Positions 1 through 7,985 of a stretch of DNA of 64,000 nt are shown here, in pieces. Under the pieces are notes generated by a model. The model ran no database searches and was not told where the DNA came from. It was given only the letters and a program-made list of their open reading frames with translations. The stretch's first letter is position 1. The number at the start of each line of letters is the position of its first letter. The stretch is from assembly GCA_028694805.1 (NCBI GenBank), contig JAQVKD010000001.1, forward strand, positions 25,549-89,548. Reading direction: 5' to 3'. Made by a program: the position numbers and the translations under genes. The stretch is from Candidatus Dojkabacteria bacterium. Its GTDB lineage: Bacteria > Patescibacteriota > Dojkabacteria > SC72.

Positions 1-5
1 TTGAT

Positions 6-149
6 TCAATTAACTAATGGCATTCCTTTTTCTATAATTTCATTCATCATTTGTGTCATAGATATTGTAGTTTTTCTTTTGGAAATTAATTCTACTTGTT
101 TATCACACAATAATTTATATACTTCTTTAGATACACCAACTGTTGGCAT
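6..149 (-). CDS. Small RHH/antitoxin-like DNA-binding protein (47 aa, not in ORF track)
   Basis: Hand translation MPTVGVSKEVYKLLCDKQVELISKRKTTISMTQMMNEIIEKGMPLVN; resembles 51308-51511; BRE-TATA upstream. Confidence 0.6.
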   Translation of the reverse strand: MPTVGVSKEVYKLLCDKQVELISKRKTTISMTQMMNEIIEKGMPLVN

Positions 150-208
150 CGTTATTACCTGCTGCAGTCTTTGAAAATTAAAAAGTTTAGTGGTTAATAA
201 ACTTAAAA

Positions 209-222
209 GTATATAAACTTTT
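209..222 (-). promoter_or_regulatory. Archaeal BRE-TATA promoter
   Basis: Minus strand reads AAAAGTTTATATAC about 60 nt upstream of ORF 6-149. Confidence 0.55.
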
Positions 223-267
223 CTCTTTGAATCTAAAAAAGTTTAGAACTAAAAAGATAAGTCATAC

Positions 268-609
268 TTACGCCATATTAAAGAATTGTTGCCTTTTTCT
301 AGCATCTTCCCTGCTCTCCATTCTCTGAGCTTTCATAAGAGGTTGATGTGACTGAGACGAACTTGATTGTATTTTGTGTTTACTAAATTGTATCAATCCT
401 TCTAGCTGTTCTTGGTTTTGTGATAATTGGTTCTGTATAGATTGCATTTTTTCTTCTAACTGAGATATCTTTGGTGTTATATTGTTGGATAATGAAGCTG
501 TTTGACTTTTGTTCTGATACTTATAAAATATATATCCTATAAGCATTAATCCTGCTCCAGCTAGTATGTATTTCATTACCTTATCATAATTTAAACATTC
601 ATCTGGCAT
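268..609 (-). CDS. Membrane protein, N-terminal TM + coiled coil
   Basis: KYILAGAGLMLIGYIFY helix, Gln-rich coil; similar architecture to 5693-6109. Confidence 0.7.
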   Translation of the reverse strand: MPDECLNYDKVMKYILAGAGLMLIGYIFYKYQNKSQTASLSNNITPKISQLEEKMQSIQNQLSQNQEQLEGLIQFSKHKIQSSSSQSHQPLMKAQRMESREDARKRQQFFNMA

Positions 610-610
610 A

Positions 611-925
611 TTATATCAATCCCTTTTGTTTTGCTATATTTAGAGAATATAAATCTATCCCTTCTACATTTTCTAATGAAAATTGTTGTGATTGTGCAGT
701 AGTTCTTCCTTTGATATATACAAAAAGAATTGCTGCTCCTAATGCTCCTGAGATCGCCCAGAACCACCAATCTTCTTCTTTAAAGAAACCTTTTGGTTCT
801 TCTGGTATTATTCCTAAACGTCTTTCTGTTTCAAGTTTTTTAAGAGCTTCTGACGGAAGAAATCCTTTTTTCTGTAATTCTTCGAATCTTCGTTTCTCTG
901 ATTTTGTAGGATTTTCTAGAACCAT
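611..925 (-). CDS. Small membrane protein with LENVEGIDL..KG C-terminal motif
   Basis: TM WWFWAISGALGAAILFVYI; C-terminus shared with 32430-32603 and 32640-32846. Confidence 0.7.
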   Translation of the reverse strand: MVLENPTKSEKRRFEELQKKGFLPSEALKKLETERRLGIIPEEPKGFFKEEDWWFWAISGALGAAILFVYIKGRTTAQSQQFSLENVEGIDLYSLNIAKQKGLI

Positions 926-928
926 GAT

Positions 929-1648
929 TTACCTCGTTGTTAGCATAACATATTCCTCAAGGTCAGGTCTGTATAATTCTAATTTTGGAATTTTCTTTTC
1001 TGTGAGTTGTTCAGTAGTTAATGATTTTATTGGTTTAAATATATATGATTTATTTGTTTCAACATTATGGTATAGAAAATGATATTTTGGCAGATAATAT
1101 ATTTCATCTGCTGCTGTTCCTACTTGTTGACGAATTTTTATTATGTCAGTCTCTAAGCTGAGTGAAAATATAAGTAAGTGCTCTGATTCAGATATTAGAG
1201 TATTATGAATATCTCTTGGTCTCTGACTTACGTTTATAATTCCAACATTATATGAACGTCCTTGTGTTGCTATTACTTTATGCCAATACTGTATCTTAGA
1301 AGGTGTTGTTATTAAAGCTGCTTCGTCGACATATAATGAGTTATCTTTCGAGTCAAAAATTATTTCACAGATACTATTAAAATCTCTGTCAGTAAGGTCA
1401 TCAGGCTGGTAAAGGATTTTATTGTATTTGGTTATGTTCTTTTTTAGTTCTCTTGGAGTATTTATTACTATATCATGTTCTACATCTGTATTTTCATGTT
1501 TAATATCCCAAAACACATATTTATCATAGTGCGGCAACAACCAATTTTTTGCTAAATGTGTCTTTCCTGAACCAGTTCTTCCAAATATTGCTACACGGTC
1601 ATTTGTTCTTATTCTTAAGTTATCTATTATAGTGAAATCAGTTACCAT
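929..1648 (-). CDS. FtsK/HerA-superfamily genome packaging ATPase (A32/P9-like)
   Basis: Walker A GRTGSGKT, Walker B LYVDEA, arginine finger QGRS, SQRP motif; stand-alone 239 aa size typical of tailless-virus packaging ATPases. Confidence 0.85.
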   Translation of the reverse strand: MVTDFTIIDNLRIRTNDRVAIFGRTGSGKTHLAKNWLLPHYDKYVFWDIKHENTDVEHDIVINTPRELKKNITKYNKILYQPDDLTDRDFNSICEIIFDSKDNSLYVDEAALITTPSKIQYWHKVIATQGRSYNVGIINVSQRPRDIHNTLISESEHLLIFSLSLETDIIKIRQQVGTAADEIYYLPKYHFLYHNVETNKSYIFKPIKSLTTEQLTEKKIPKLELYRPDLEEYVMLTTR

Positions 1649-1672
1649 TATATCAGCTCTATTGTTTGTGTG

Positions 1673-2923
1673 TTATTGTACTGATAAACTAATAGAAAGT
1701 GTTGGACATCCTGCTGTAACATACTCAAGTGCTCCTATGTCATATGCAGAACCTTGTGGTCGTGTTTTATTATCATAATCAAATCCTGGAACAAATTGAG
1801 TTGATGATCCTGCATTTATTGCAGGAGAGTTAGATTGTAAATGAAAATCTGCAGTTGATGGATTGACAAAGTTTGGATTTGTTCCTATAAGATTGTGATC
1901 CTGGGTTGTATTTCCATTTGGCATTAAGTTCCCTCCACTTCCACTATTATTATAACTAATATTGTTTCTTACTATTATGCCTGTGGCACTTCCATATTCA
2001 ATACGAATGCCACCACCCCAATCAGTGTCCAAACCGCAGTTATATACAGTATTATTAACAACTACAATATCACTTATTGTACCAACTGAATATGATGTTG
2101 ATGCTACAATTCCAGCTGCTCCTGTTTTGTTCAATATATTATTATAAATCTTACAGTGCTGTAAACTTCCTGAAACTTCTACAGCATAAGCAATGCCTCT
2201 GACGCCATATCCTCCTCCAGTAACATAATTATTATAAGTATCAATATATGACATTGATTGACCTTGAGAGTCAATGTATATTCCTGCTGACATGTTTGCA
2301 ACAACAGTATTATGATGTATTGTTCCGTTTCCTCCGCCCTGTTTTACATCAATACTCTCGAAATTATCTGTGTCGTGTATATAGTTATTTTTTATTTCAA
2401 AATTAGATACGTTAATCATATTGACGTTCTCATTTTGCTGGTCATTTCCAGAACCAAATCCTGCTATTTGAGTATTGTAAACATTGTTTCCGTCATATGT
2501 TATATAACTTGAATTTTGAGCATATAATCCACTTCGCTGTATTGCATGAACGGTGCAACCTTTTATAATTACATTATTACATGTATGAACCCATATTCCA
2601 CACCAATATGAATTAACAACATTGAATCCTATAAATTGTATATAACCACAATTAGTTATATATACTCCACCTTCCCACTTAGGAACTTTACTGTTGACAT
2701 CTATAGTAACACTTTCTCCGGTATATGGTTGAAAAGTAATGTATCCAGTAGACGATCCTGATCTTGATATTCTAACTTGTTCATAGTAAGTTCCTCCTCT
2801 AACATAAACTATGTCTCCTGCAGATACTATGTTCGCAGCTCTTTGGATATTTCTCCAAGGTGATGAGGTTGATGTTCCAGAGTTACTGTCGTTTCCTGAT
2901 GTTGATACATAATATGTTGTCAT
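1673..2923 (-). CDS. Right-handed parallel beta-helix (pectate-lyase-like) protein
   Basis: YYVSTSGNDSNSGT..PW N-terminus, GIW/GIY..NN repeats, C-terminal DFHLQSNSPAINAG..YDIGALEY. Confidence 0.85.
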   Translation of the reverse strand: MTTYYVSTSGNDSNSGTSTSSPWRNIQRAANIVSAGDIVYVRGGTYYEQVRISRSGSSTGYITFQPYTGESVTIDVNSKVPKWEGGVYITNCGYIQFIGFNVVNSYWCGIWVHTCNNVIIKGCTVHAIQRSGLYAQNSSYITYDGNNVYNTQIAGFGSGNDQQNENVNMINVSNFEIKNNYIHDTDNFESIDVKQGGGNGTIHHNTVVANMSAGIYIDSQGQSMSYIDTYNNYVTGGGYGVRGIAYAVEVSGSLQHCKIYNNILNKTGAAGIVASTSYSVGTISDIVVVNNTVYNCGLDTDWGGGIRIEYGSATGIIVRNNISYNNSGSGGNLMPNGNTTQDHNLIGTNPNFVNPSTADFHLQSNSPAINAGSSTQFVPGFDYDNKTRPQGSAYDIGALEYVTAGCPTLSISLSVQ

Positions 2924-2926
2924 ACT

Positions 2927-3733
2927 TTATTTCCCGAATCTTTCGATTCCAATTTTATACCTTTCACAATTCTTTGATTTTGGAAAAAATCTGCATTTTA
3001 TTCTATCACTACCTAGATGTATTCCAGGTGCATTATGTTTATATATAACTTTTCCATATTTTGATAAACGTTTCCCAAATCCCAGTTCTTCTTCTTGTAC
3101 CATCTGTTTCACATCGGTTTGATTAATAGATGTGTTAAACTGACCAGATAAATAGAAAAGATGTTTATAATATGAACAGTTTCCTCCCATCATTCTTTGT
3201 GGATAAACTATAGTTCTTCCCAATGTAGCACCTAGTATGTATAGTGGTTTTGGAACTCCTGGATAATTGTTATCTATGATACTTCCTGATACTGCAACTG
3301 TATCAGGATTATTAAATGGTTTTAATAAAGTATTTAGCCAGTGATATGGAAACTCTATATCTGCATCTACTGCAACTATTATATTTCCTTTTGAGTAAAG
3401 TGTTCCAATATTTCGTGCTGTCAATTTTCCTTTTGGTGATACTATAATTTTATCTACATAAGAGGTTGCTAATTTTATTGTATTGTCTCGTGATCCATTG
3501 TCAACTAATATATATTCAAAGTACTGTGGATATTGTAAGGCAATTGACTGATTTCTTAAGCTCTTTAAACATCTCTCTATATAAAGTTCTTCGTTCAATG
3601 CAGGAATTATTATACTTACTGTATCAGGTGGACTGGATACAATAGAATCTGTACTTAGCATTTTATATTCCATAACTTTGGACGAAAATAATGCTGATGT
3701 TATAATTCCTGATGTATATTGAATTGCTGACAT
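2927..3733 (-). CDS. Glycosyltransferase family 2
   Basis: SIIIPALNEE, ILVDNGSRD, ARNIG, VDAD (DxD), GGN motifs. Confidence 0.9.
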   Translation of the reverse strand: MSAIQYTSGIITSALFSSKVMEYKMLSTDSIVSSPPDTVSIIIPALNEELYIERCLKSLRNQSIALQYPQYFEYILVDNGSRDNTIKLATSYVDKIIVSPKGKLTARNIGTLYSKGNIIVAVDADIEFPYHWLNTLLKPFNNPDTVAVSGSIIDNNYPGVPKPLYILGATLGRTIVYPQRMMGGNCSYYKHLFYLSGQFNTSINQTDVKQMVQEEELGFGKRLSKYGKVIYKHNAPGIHLGSDRIKCRFFPKSKNCERYKIGIERFGK

Positions 3734-3757
3734 ATGTTTGTGTAACGGAAAGTTATA

Positions 3758-3913
3758 TTATTCTAATCTTCCAGAATAAATGTAATATCCTATTCCTATT
3801 CTTAGAAGTCTTCCTAACTGAGATGTAGAAGATTTGCATCCACTGAATATTATTGATGCAGCTCCTTCTATCATTAGAAATCCTCCTACATATTCTTCTG
3901 TTGTTGTATCCAC
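3758..3913 (-). CDS. Small membrane protein (51 aa, GTG start, not in ORF track)
   Basis: Hand translation VDTTTEEYVGGFLMIEGAASIIFSG...GRLLRIGIGYYIYSGRLE; GGAGG SD upstream. Confidence 0.55.
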   Translation of the reverse strand: MDTTTEEYVGGFLMIEGAASIIFSGCKSSTSQLGRLLRIGIGYYIYSGRLE

Positions 3914-3987
3914 TTATAAACCTCCATCATTTTAGTGATAATTTTGTATAATCTTTATTTCTAATTATATGATTTAATTAACATTAA

Positions 3988-4119
3988 TTATTCATCTTCA
4001 GTTTTAATAAAGCATAGTCCTTCGTTTGCTGCTTCACCTTTGTCTTTATGATTTTTCATTATGTATAGAGATTCGTACCACACATCAAAATATTGTCTTA
4101 AGTATTTATCTTCATTCAT
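3988..4119 (-). CDS. Hypothetical protein (43 aa, not in ORF track)
   Basis: MNEDKYLRQYFDVWYESLYIMKNHKDKGEAANEGLCFIKTEDE; GGAGG SD; FDVWY resembles FEEWY in the upstream ORF. Confidence 0.5.
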   Translation of the reverse strand: MNEDKYLRQYFDVWYESLYIMKNHKDKGEAANEGLCFIKTEDE

Positions 4120-4153
4120 ACACTAACCTCCAGATTGACTTATTATTTAGTTC

Positions 4154-4336
4154 TTAACCATTTGTAATGGTGTCGCTCATTTTTATTTCGACTCGAAAAT
4201 TTGTGTCGTACCATTCTTCAAAGTTGTATTTCTTGTTTTTTAATCTTTGTTGTTGATTATTTATATTAATGTAATTATGACATTGAATCCACATTTTACA
4301 AGGACACTTTCGTTCTTTACACCCATTAATTGACAC
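4154..4336 (-). CDS. Small Cys-rich hypothetical protein
   Basis: CKERKCPCKMWIQC; GAGGTGA SD. Confidence 0.55.
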   Translation of the reverse strand: MSINGCKERKCPCKMWIQCHNYININNQQQRLKNKKYNFEEWYDTNFRVEIKMSDTITNG

Positions 4337-4360
4337 TTCACCTCTTTTTATAGTTAATTA

Positions 4361-4672
4361 TTAATCGTTATTTTTTCCTATACAGTCTAATTTATCTATA
4401 TCTACAGTTTTTAAAAATTTCTTTAGATATTTTCCTTGTGACGGGTCTTGCTTTATTAAAGCACATGTCAGTTCTGCTACATGTTCTTTTTCTTCATTCA
4501 TTACATGTGTAATTATTTTCTTAGATTCTTCATTATCAATGTTTTCAATTTGAGATTGATATAAATTAATTGCATCTAACTCTGCTATTATACCTGATCT
4601 CAGTAATTCTTGATTTGTAAATTTTTGATTGAGTTTATCAGATTTTTCCTTTGTTAAATTTACACATGTCAT
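4361..4672 (-). CDS. Ferritin-like / rubrerythrin-like protein (encapsulin-cargo Flp type)
   Basis: IIAELDAINLY...EEKEH di-iron ExxH motifs. Confidence 0.8.
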   Translation of the reverse strand: MTCVNLTKEKSDKLNQKFTNQELLRSGIIAELDAINLYQSQIENIDNEESKKIITHVMNEEKEHVAELTCALIKQDPSQGKYLKKFLKTVDIDKLDCIGKNND

Positions 4673-4683
4673 TGATATTCCTT

Positions 4684-4896
4684 CTATTCTTTTCCTTGTA
4701 CGTGATTAAAAATTCTTGCAAATGTATAACCTATGAATGATCCCATTATAGTTCCAAATAATGTTTCACTTAGTTTTCCGGACATTAATGCTGTAGTAAG
4801 TGCTATTATAAATACAGAAATTATCATTCCTTCGTATTTTCCAATATCTTCCATAACACCGTGTTTTTTTGTGTTTGATTCTTCCATATTTACCAT
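4684..4896 (-). CDS. Two-TM small membrane protein
   Basis: Two hydrophobic helices. Confidence 0.65.
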   Translation of the reverse strand: MVNMEESNTKKHGVMEDIGKYEGMIISVFIIALTTALMSGKLSETLFGTIMGSFIGYTFARIFNHVQGKE

Positions 4897-4929
4897 TTCG
4901 CCCCAATATCATGTAATACATAGATATTT

Positions 4930-5364
4930 TTAGTTCTCTTTTATCTCAGATATTTCATTTTTAAGTATAATTTCTACATCATCTGTTCTAAAAATTCCAT
5001 CAAAAGATGAGTCAAAAAAACTATCAGTTTTTCTATGTGCTTCTACAATAGAATTTATTTCTTCTTCTGAATTTCCATAGAAAGTATGTCTTACTACTGG
5101 ATGCCAATCGTTGTCATAATATTCACAAGTTGTTATTTTTAATTTTAAAGGTGGTTTTGTTACAATATTATTCATTCCTCCTGTTTTATTATATTGATTT
5201 TGTTGTCTGTAGTATAAACTCAATGTTTGTTGACGTTTTTTAATTATGTCATTATAAACATATAATCCAGCTATTGTTCCTATTATTATAACTGCAAGTG
5301 AACCTAATAAGAACTTAAAATCTCTTGTTGAAAGATTTTCTGATTGAGATTGAGATAATGGCAT
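4930..5364 (-). CDS. N-terminally anchored membrane protein
   Basis: FLLGSLAVIIIGTIAGLYVY helix. Confidence 0.7.
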   Translation of the reverse strand: MPLSQSQSENLSTRDFKFLLGSLAVIIIGTIAGLYVYNDIIKKRQQTLSLYYRQQNQYNKTGGMNNIVTKPPLKLKITTCEYYDNDWHPVVRHTFYGNSEEEINSIVEAHRKTDSFFDSSFDGIFRTDDVEIILKNEISEIKEN

Positions 5365-5381
5365 GATTGTTATTTTATTTC

Positions 5382-5672
5382 CTAACCATTTTTAATTACT
5401 TGATGTATATAACTTAGTTGTTTGTCAGATAAAGGATTCCATCTATTTAGTAGACTATCTGTATATTCACTTGATAAAACTCCAGATTTTTCTCTGTATT
5501 CTGTAACTGCTGCAGCAGCAGTTTTTGGTATTAAATATTTTTGAACTATGTACAAGGTTGTTATACTGGAGAACATACTCATAAGACTTCCAAGAATGAT
5601 ATTTCTTGTATCTCTGGCAAGAAGTTCTCTCTCTTTCTTTTCTTCTGCTTCTGTCATTCCTTTCTCAGCCAT
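5382..5672 (-). CDS. Membrane protein with WxPLS motif
   Basis: TM helix; C-terminal WNPLSDKQLSYI; GGAG SD. Confidence 0.7.
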   Translation of the reverse strand: MAEKGMTEAEEKKERELLARDTRNIILGSLMSMFSSITTLYIVQKYLIPKTAAAAVTEYREKSGVLSSEYTDSLLNRWNPLSDKQLSYIHQVIKNG

Positions 5673-5692
5673 AGTTACTCCTTGGGAATTTA

Positions 5693-6109
5693 TTATCTCA
5701 TTCCAAATAAATCTCTTGTTGTTCTCCTTATGTCAAGTAATGATGGAATTGCTGGTTGTGTATGTGATAGAGTTTTTAGTGATACTGTTTGTCTATCCTG
5801 CTGATTCTGATGAGAAGTCTGAATATTTTGATTTATTTGTGTTGATTTTACAAGACTATCAACTTTATTCTCAAGTTGTGATAGTTTTTGTTGTATTGTC
5901 TGAAGCTCTGTAGACGATTGCGATTGAAGTTGTTGATGATATAAATATTGTGGTGGGATTTCATCAACCATAAATCCATAACGTCTTCGTGCATCATATT
6001 GTGGTTCTATTGTGCTTTTGAAAATTAAGTAACCAAAGAAAATTATAGCTCCTAATCCAAATCCACATATAATTAGTTTTGTTATTTCATCTCTAGTGTC
6101 ATCTGCCAT
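5693..6109 (-). CDS. Membrane protein, TM + coiled coil, RRYGFM / FGMR motifs
   Basis: TM LIICGFGLGAIIFFGYLIF; ends DLFGMR like 33105 and 38012; GGAGG SD. Confidence 0.7.
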   Translation of the reverse strand: MADDTRDEITKLIICGFGLGAIIFFGYLIFKSTIEPQYDARRRYGFMVDEIPPQYLYHQQLQSQSSTELQTIQQKLSQLENKVDSLVKSTQINQNIQTSHQNQQDRQTVSLKTLSHTQPAIPSLLDIRRTTRDLFGMR

Positions 6110-6149
6110 GATTATTGTTTAAACCTCCTCATGTTTTTAGTTATTATAA

Positions 6150-6320
6150 TTACTGTATCATTGCTTTTATGTTCTGTAATTCATCATTTGAAAGTGGTTT
6201 CCATTTACTCAGTAAAGTGTTGGTCTCTAGATATTCCTTAGATTCTTCATCACTTGCTCTTAAAGTTTCAAATAGTGTATGAAAGAGCATATACTCAATT
6301 GATAACATCAGTAATGACAT
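6150..6320 (-). CDS. Small protein with WKPLS motif (56 aa, not in ORF track)
   Basis: MSLLMLSIEYMLFHTLFETLRASDEESKEYLETNTLLSKWKPLSNDELQNIKAMIQ. Confidence 0.65.
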   Translation of the reverse strand: MSLLMLSIEYMLFHTLFETLRASDEESKEYLETNTLLSKWKPLSNDELQNIKAMIQ

Positions 6321-6342
6321 AATAGATCATTTAATGAATAAT

Positions 6343-6816
6343 TTATTTTTCACTCACAAATTCAAATGACTTATAAGTTGTGATATTTCTTATTTTGTTT
6401 ATTTCTTGTTCTGATAGTGGTTTCCATGTTGATATATCAATATTATATGTCGAATCCATTTTGTTTATTGAATCTAATTTCTCTGGTTTCTTTCCATTAC
6501 CCCCCATCATATACGGAGCAACATTTGGATTACATCTGAGCTTAAGATAGTATGCTGCATATAATGCTACTCCTGTTGCTACTGCTGCTATTGCTGCAGA
6601 TTTTCCCTTTTCATGATATACAAGATAGACTCCTGCACCAGTTGCTATAGCAGTTGCCAATCCAAGATCCATTGCAAGCTTAGCATTTTTATATTTAGGT
6701 TCATCATCTACGAATGTACTTGCTGTGAATAAAGATGAATTCCATGCACTCCATGCTCCAAATACTGCTGATGATGTTAGAACTGCCAAACCTAAATCTT
6801 GCTTTGTTTCTACAAT
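6343..6816 (-). CDS. Multi-TM membrane protein with WKPLS motif (start TTG 6789 or ATT 6816)
   Basis: Three Ala/Gly-rich hydrophobic segments, WKPLSEQEINKI; SD AAGGAGG is spaced for an in-frame ATT at 6816. Confidence 0.7.
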   Translation of the reverse strand: MVETKQDLGLAVLTSSAVFGAWSAWNSSLFTASTFVDDEPKYKNAKLAMDLGLATAIATGAGVYLVYHEKGKSAAIAAVATGVALYAAYYLKLRCNPNVAPYMMGGNGKKPEKLDSINKMDSTYNIDISTWKPLSEQEINKIRNITTYKSFEFVSEK

Positions 6817-6872
6817 AGTAATTCCTCCTTATTATTTTTTATTGATTTTTATCTATTATGATGATACATATA

Positions 6873-7253
6873 TTAGTTATTTTTAGATATAAATATTGAT
6901 GCTAACTTTTCAAGATACCACCTTGCAGTAAGCCCAGATACTATTGAAAGAACTGCTGCTCCTTCTAATCCCAGTCCTGTTTGATTTATTGCTGTCCATA
7001 CAACTGCTATTCCTGCAAGAAGTCCTGCTATTAGAGGCTGTCTCACATGTTCAAATTCATATACATTTTGTAACTCTTCATCTGTTACATCTGGGTTCTT
7101 TTCTTTCTCTTTCTTTCTTAGTGATTCATCTGCCATCTGATCTGCCCACCATGATGCTATTGTAGATAATATCGGTGATAAAATATACGATAAATAAAGA
7201 TATGTATCTGGTCCAATTAACAATTCTAATGTTATTCTTCCTGGTTCTATCAT
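6873..7253 (-). CDS. Multi-TM membrane protein
   Basis: Three hydrophobic segments; GGAGG SD. Confidence 0.7.
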   Translation of the reverse strand: MIEPGRITLELLIGPDTYLYLSYILSPILSTIASWWADQMADESLRKKEKEKNPDVTDEELQNVYEFEHVRQPLIAGLLAGIAVVWTAINQTGLGLEGAAVLSIVSGLTARWYLEKLASIFISKNN

Positions 7254-7292
7254 GTTATACTACCTCCTTTATATTGTTTATATCTCATACAC

Positions 7293-7985
7293 TTATTTAG
7301 CTTTAGATATTATTTGTTTTATTTTATTAATCTCATTAATCGAAAGCGGAGTCCATTCTAAATAAGTGTTTTTATTATTTGACGATTCACCTTTAATGTT
7401 ACTCAAGTTCCTTGAATTTAAATAGAATTTTCTTATTATATTTTGTCTTTCTAATTCTTCTTGTCTCTTTAGTTCCAGTTCTTCTTGTCTCTTTAGTTCC
7501 AGTTCTTCTTGTCTCTTTAGTTCCAGTTCTTCTTGTCTCTTTAGTTCCAGTTCTTCCTGTCTTTTTATTTCCATTTCCAGATATCTTTGTCTTCTTTTAA
7601 ATCTTCTCTTTCTATAGTATTCCATTTCTGAATAATCATCATACATTGATGAATTGTATACTGATAAAGGAGCTGAACTAGAACCTCCTGTTAGAATACT
7701 TGGTAGATTTATGTCTAATTGTCGTCCTTGCGGATAGTTTGTTAAGTCTATTGTTGTAGTTCCTGTTCCTCCGTTAGCTGTTATTTGTATAGAATCACCA
7801 TCTGTATATCCACTTGGAAAATTTGCACAATCTAGTGTATATGTTGAATCTGATTCTGATGTAACTGTTATCTGTTCAGATGTTGATAGATTTGTTGCTG
7901 TTACTGTAACTCCTGCTGAGCTTGCAATATTTATAGTTCCGTATATTGGATATGGAACATATGGAAACGGCACGTTATTATCCAC
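7293..7985 (-). CDS. Ig/carboxypeptidase-regulatory-like domain + charged repeat helix + WTPLS motif
   Basis: PYPIYGTI..VTVTATN..YTLD..GYTDGDSIQITA domain, KRQEELEL repeats, WTPLSINEINKI. Confidence 0.7.
   Translation of the reverse strand: MDNNVPFPYVPYPIYGTINIASSAGVTVTATNLSTSEQITVTSESDSTYTLDCANFPSGYTDGDSIQITANGGTGTTTIDLTNYPQGRQLDINLPSILTGGSSSAPLSVYNSSMYDDYSEMEYYRKRRFKRRQRYLEMEIKRQEELELKRQEELELKRQEELELKRQEELELKRQEELERQNIIRKFYLNSRNLSNIKGESSNNKNTYLEWTPLSINEINKIKQIISKAK
7455..7562. repeat. Perfect 24-bp tandem repeat x4 plus partial (KRQEELEL)
   Basis: Unit ttcttcttgtctctttagttccag at 7455-7550. Confidence 0.95.

Noticed and set aside
929-1648. ATPase as cellular HerA, VirB4 or terminase
   Set aside because: Too short, lacks HAS-barrel, TM or nuclease domains, has no NurA/T4SS neighbours, and sits among viral membrane genes
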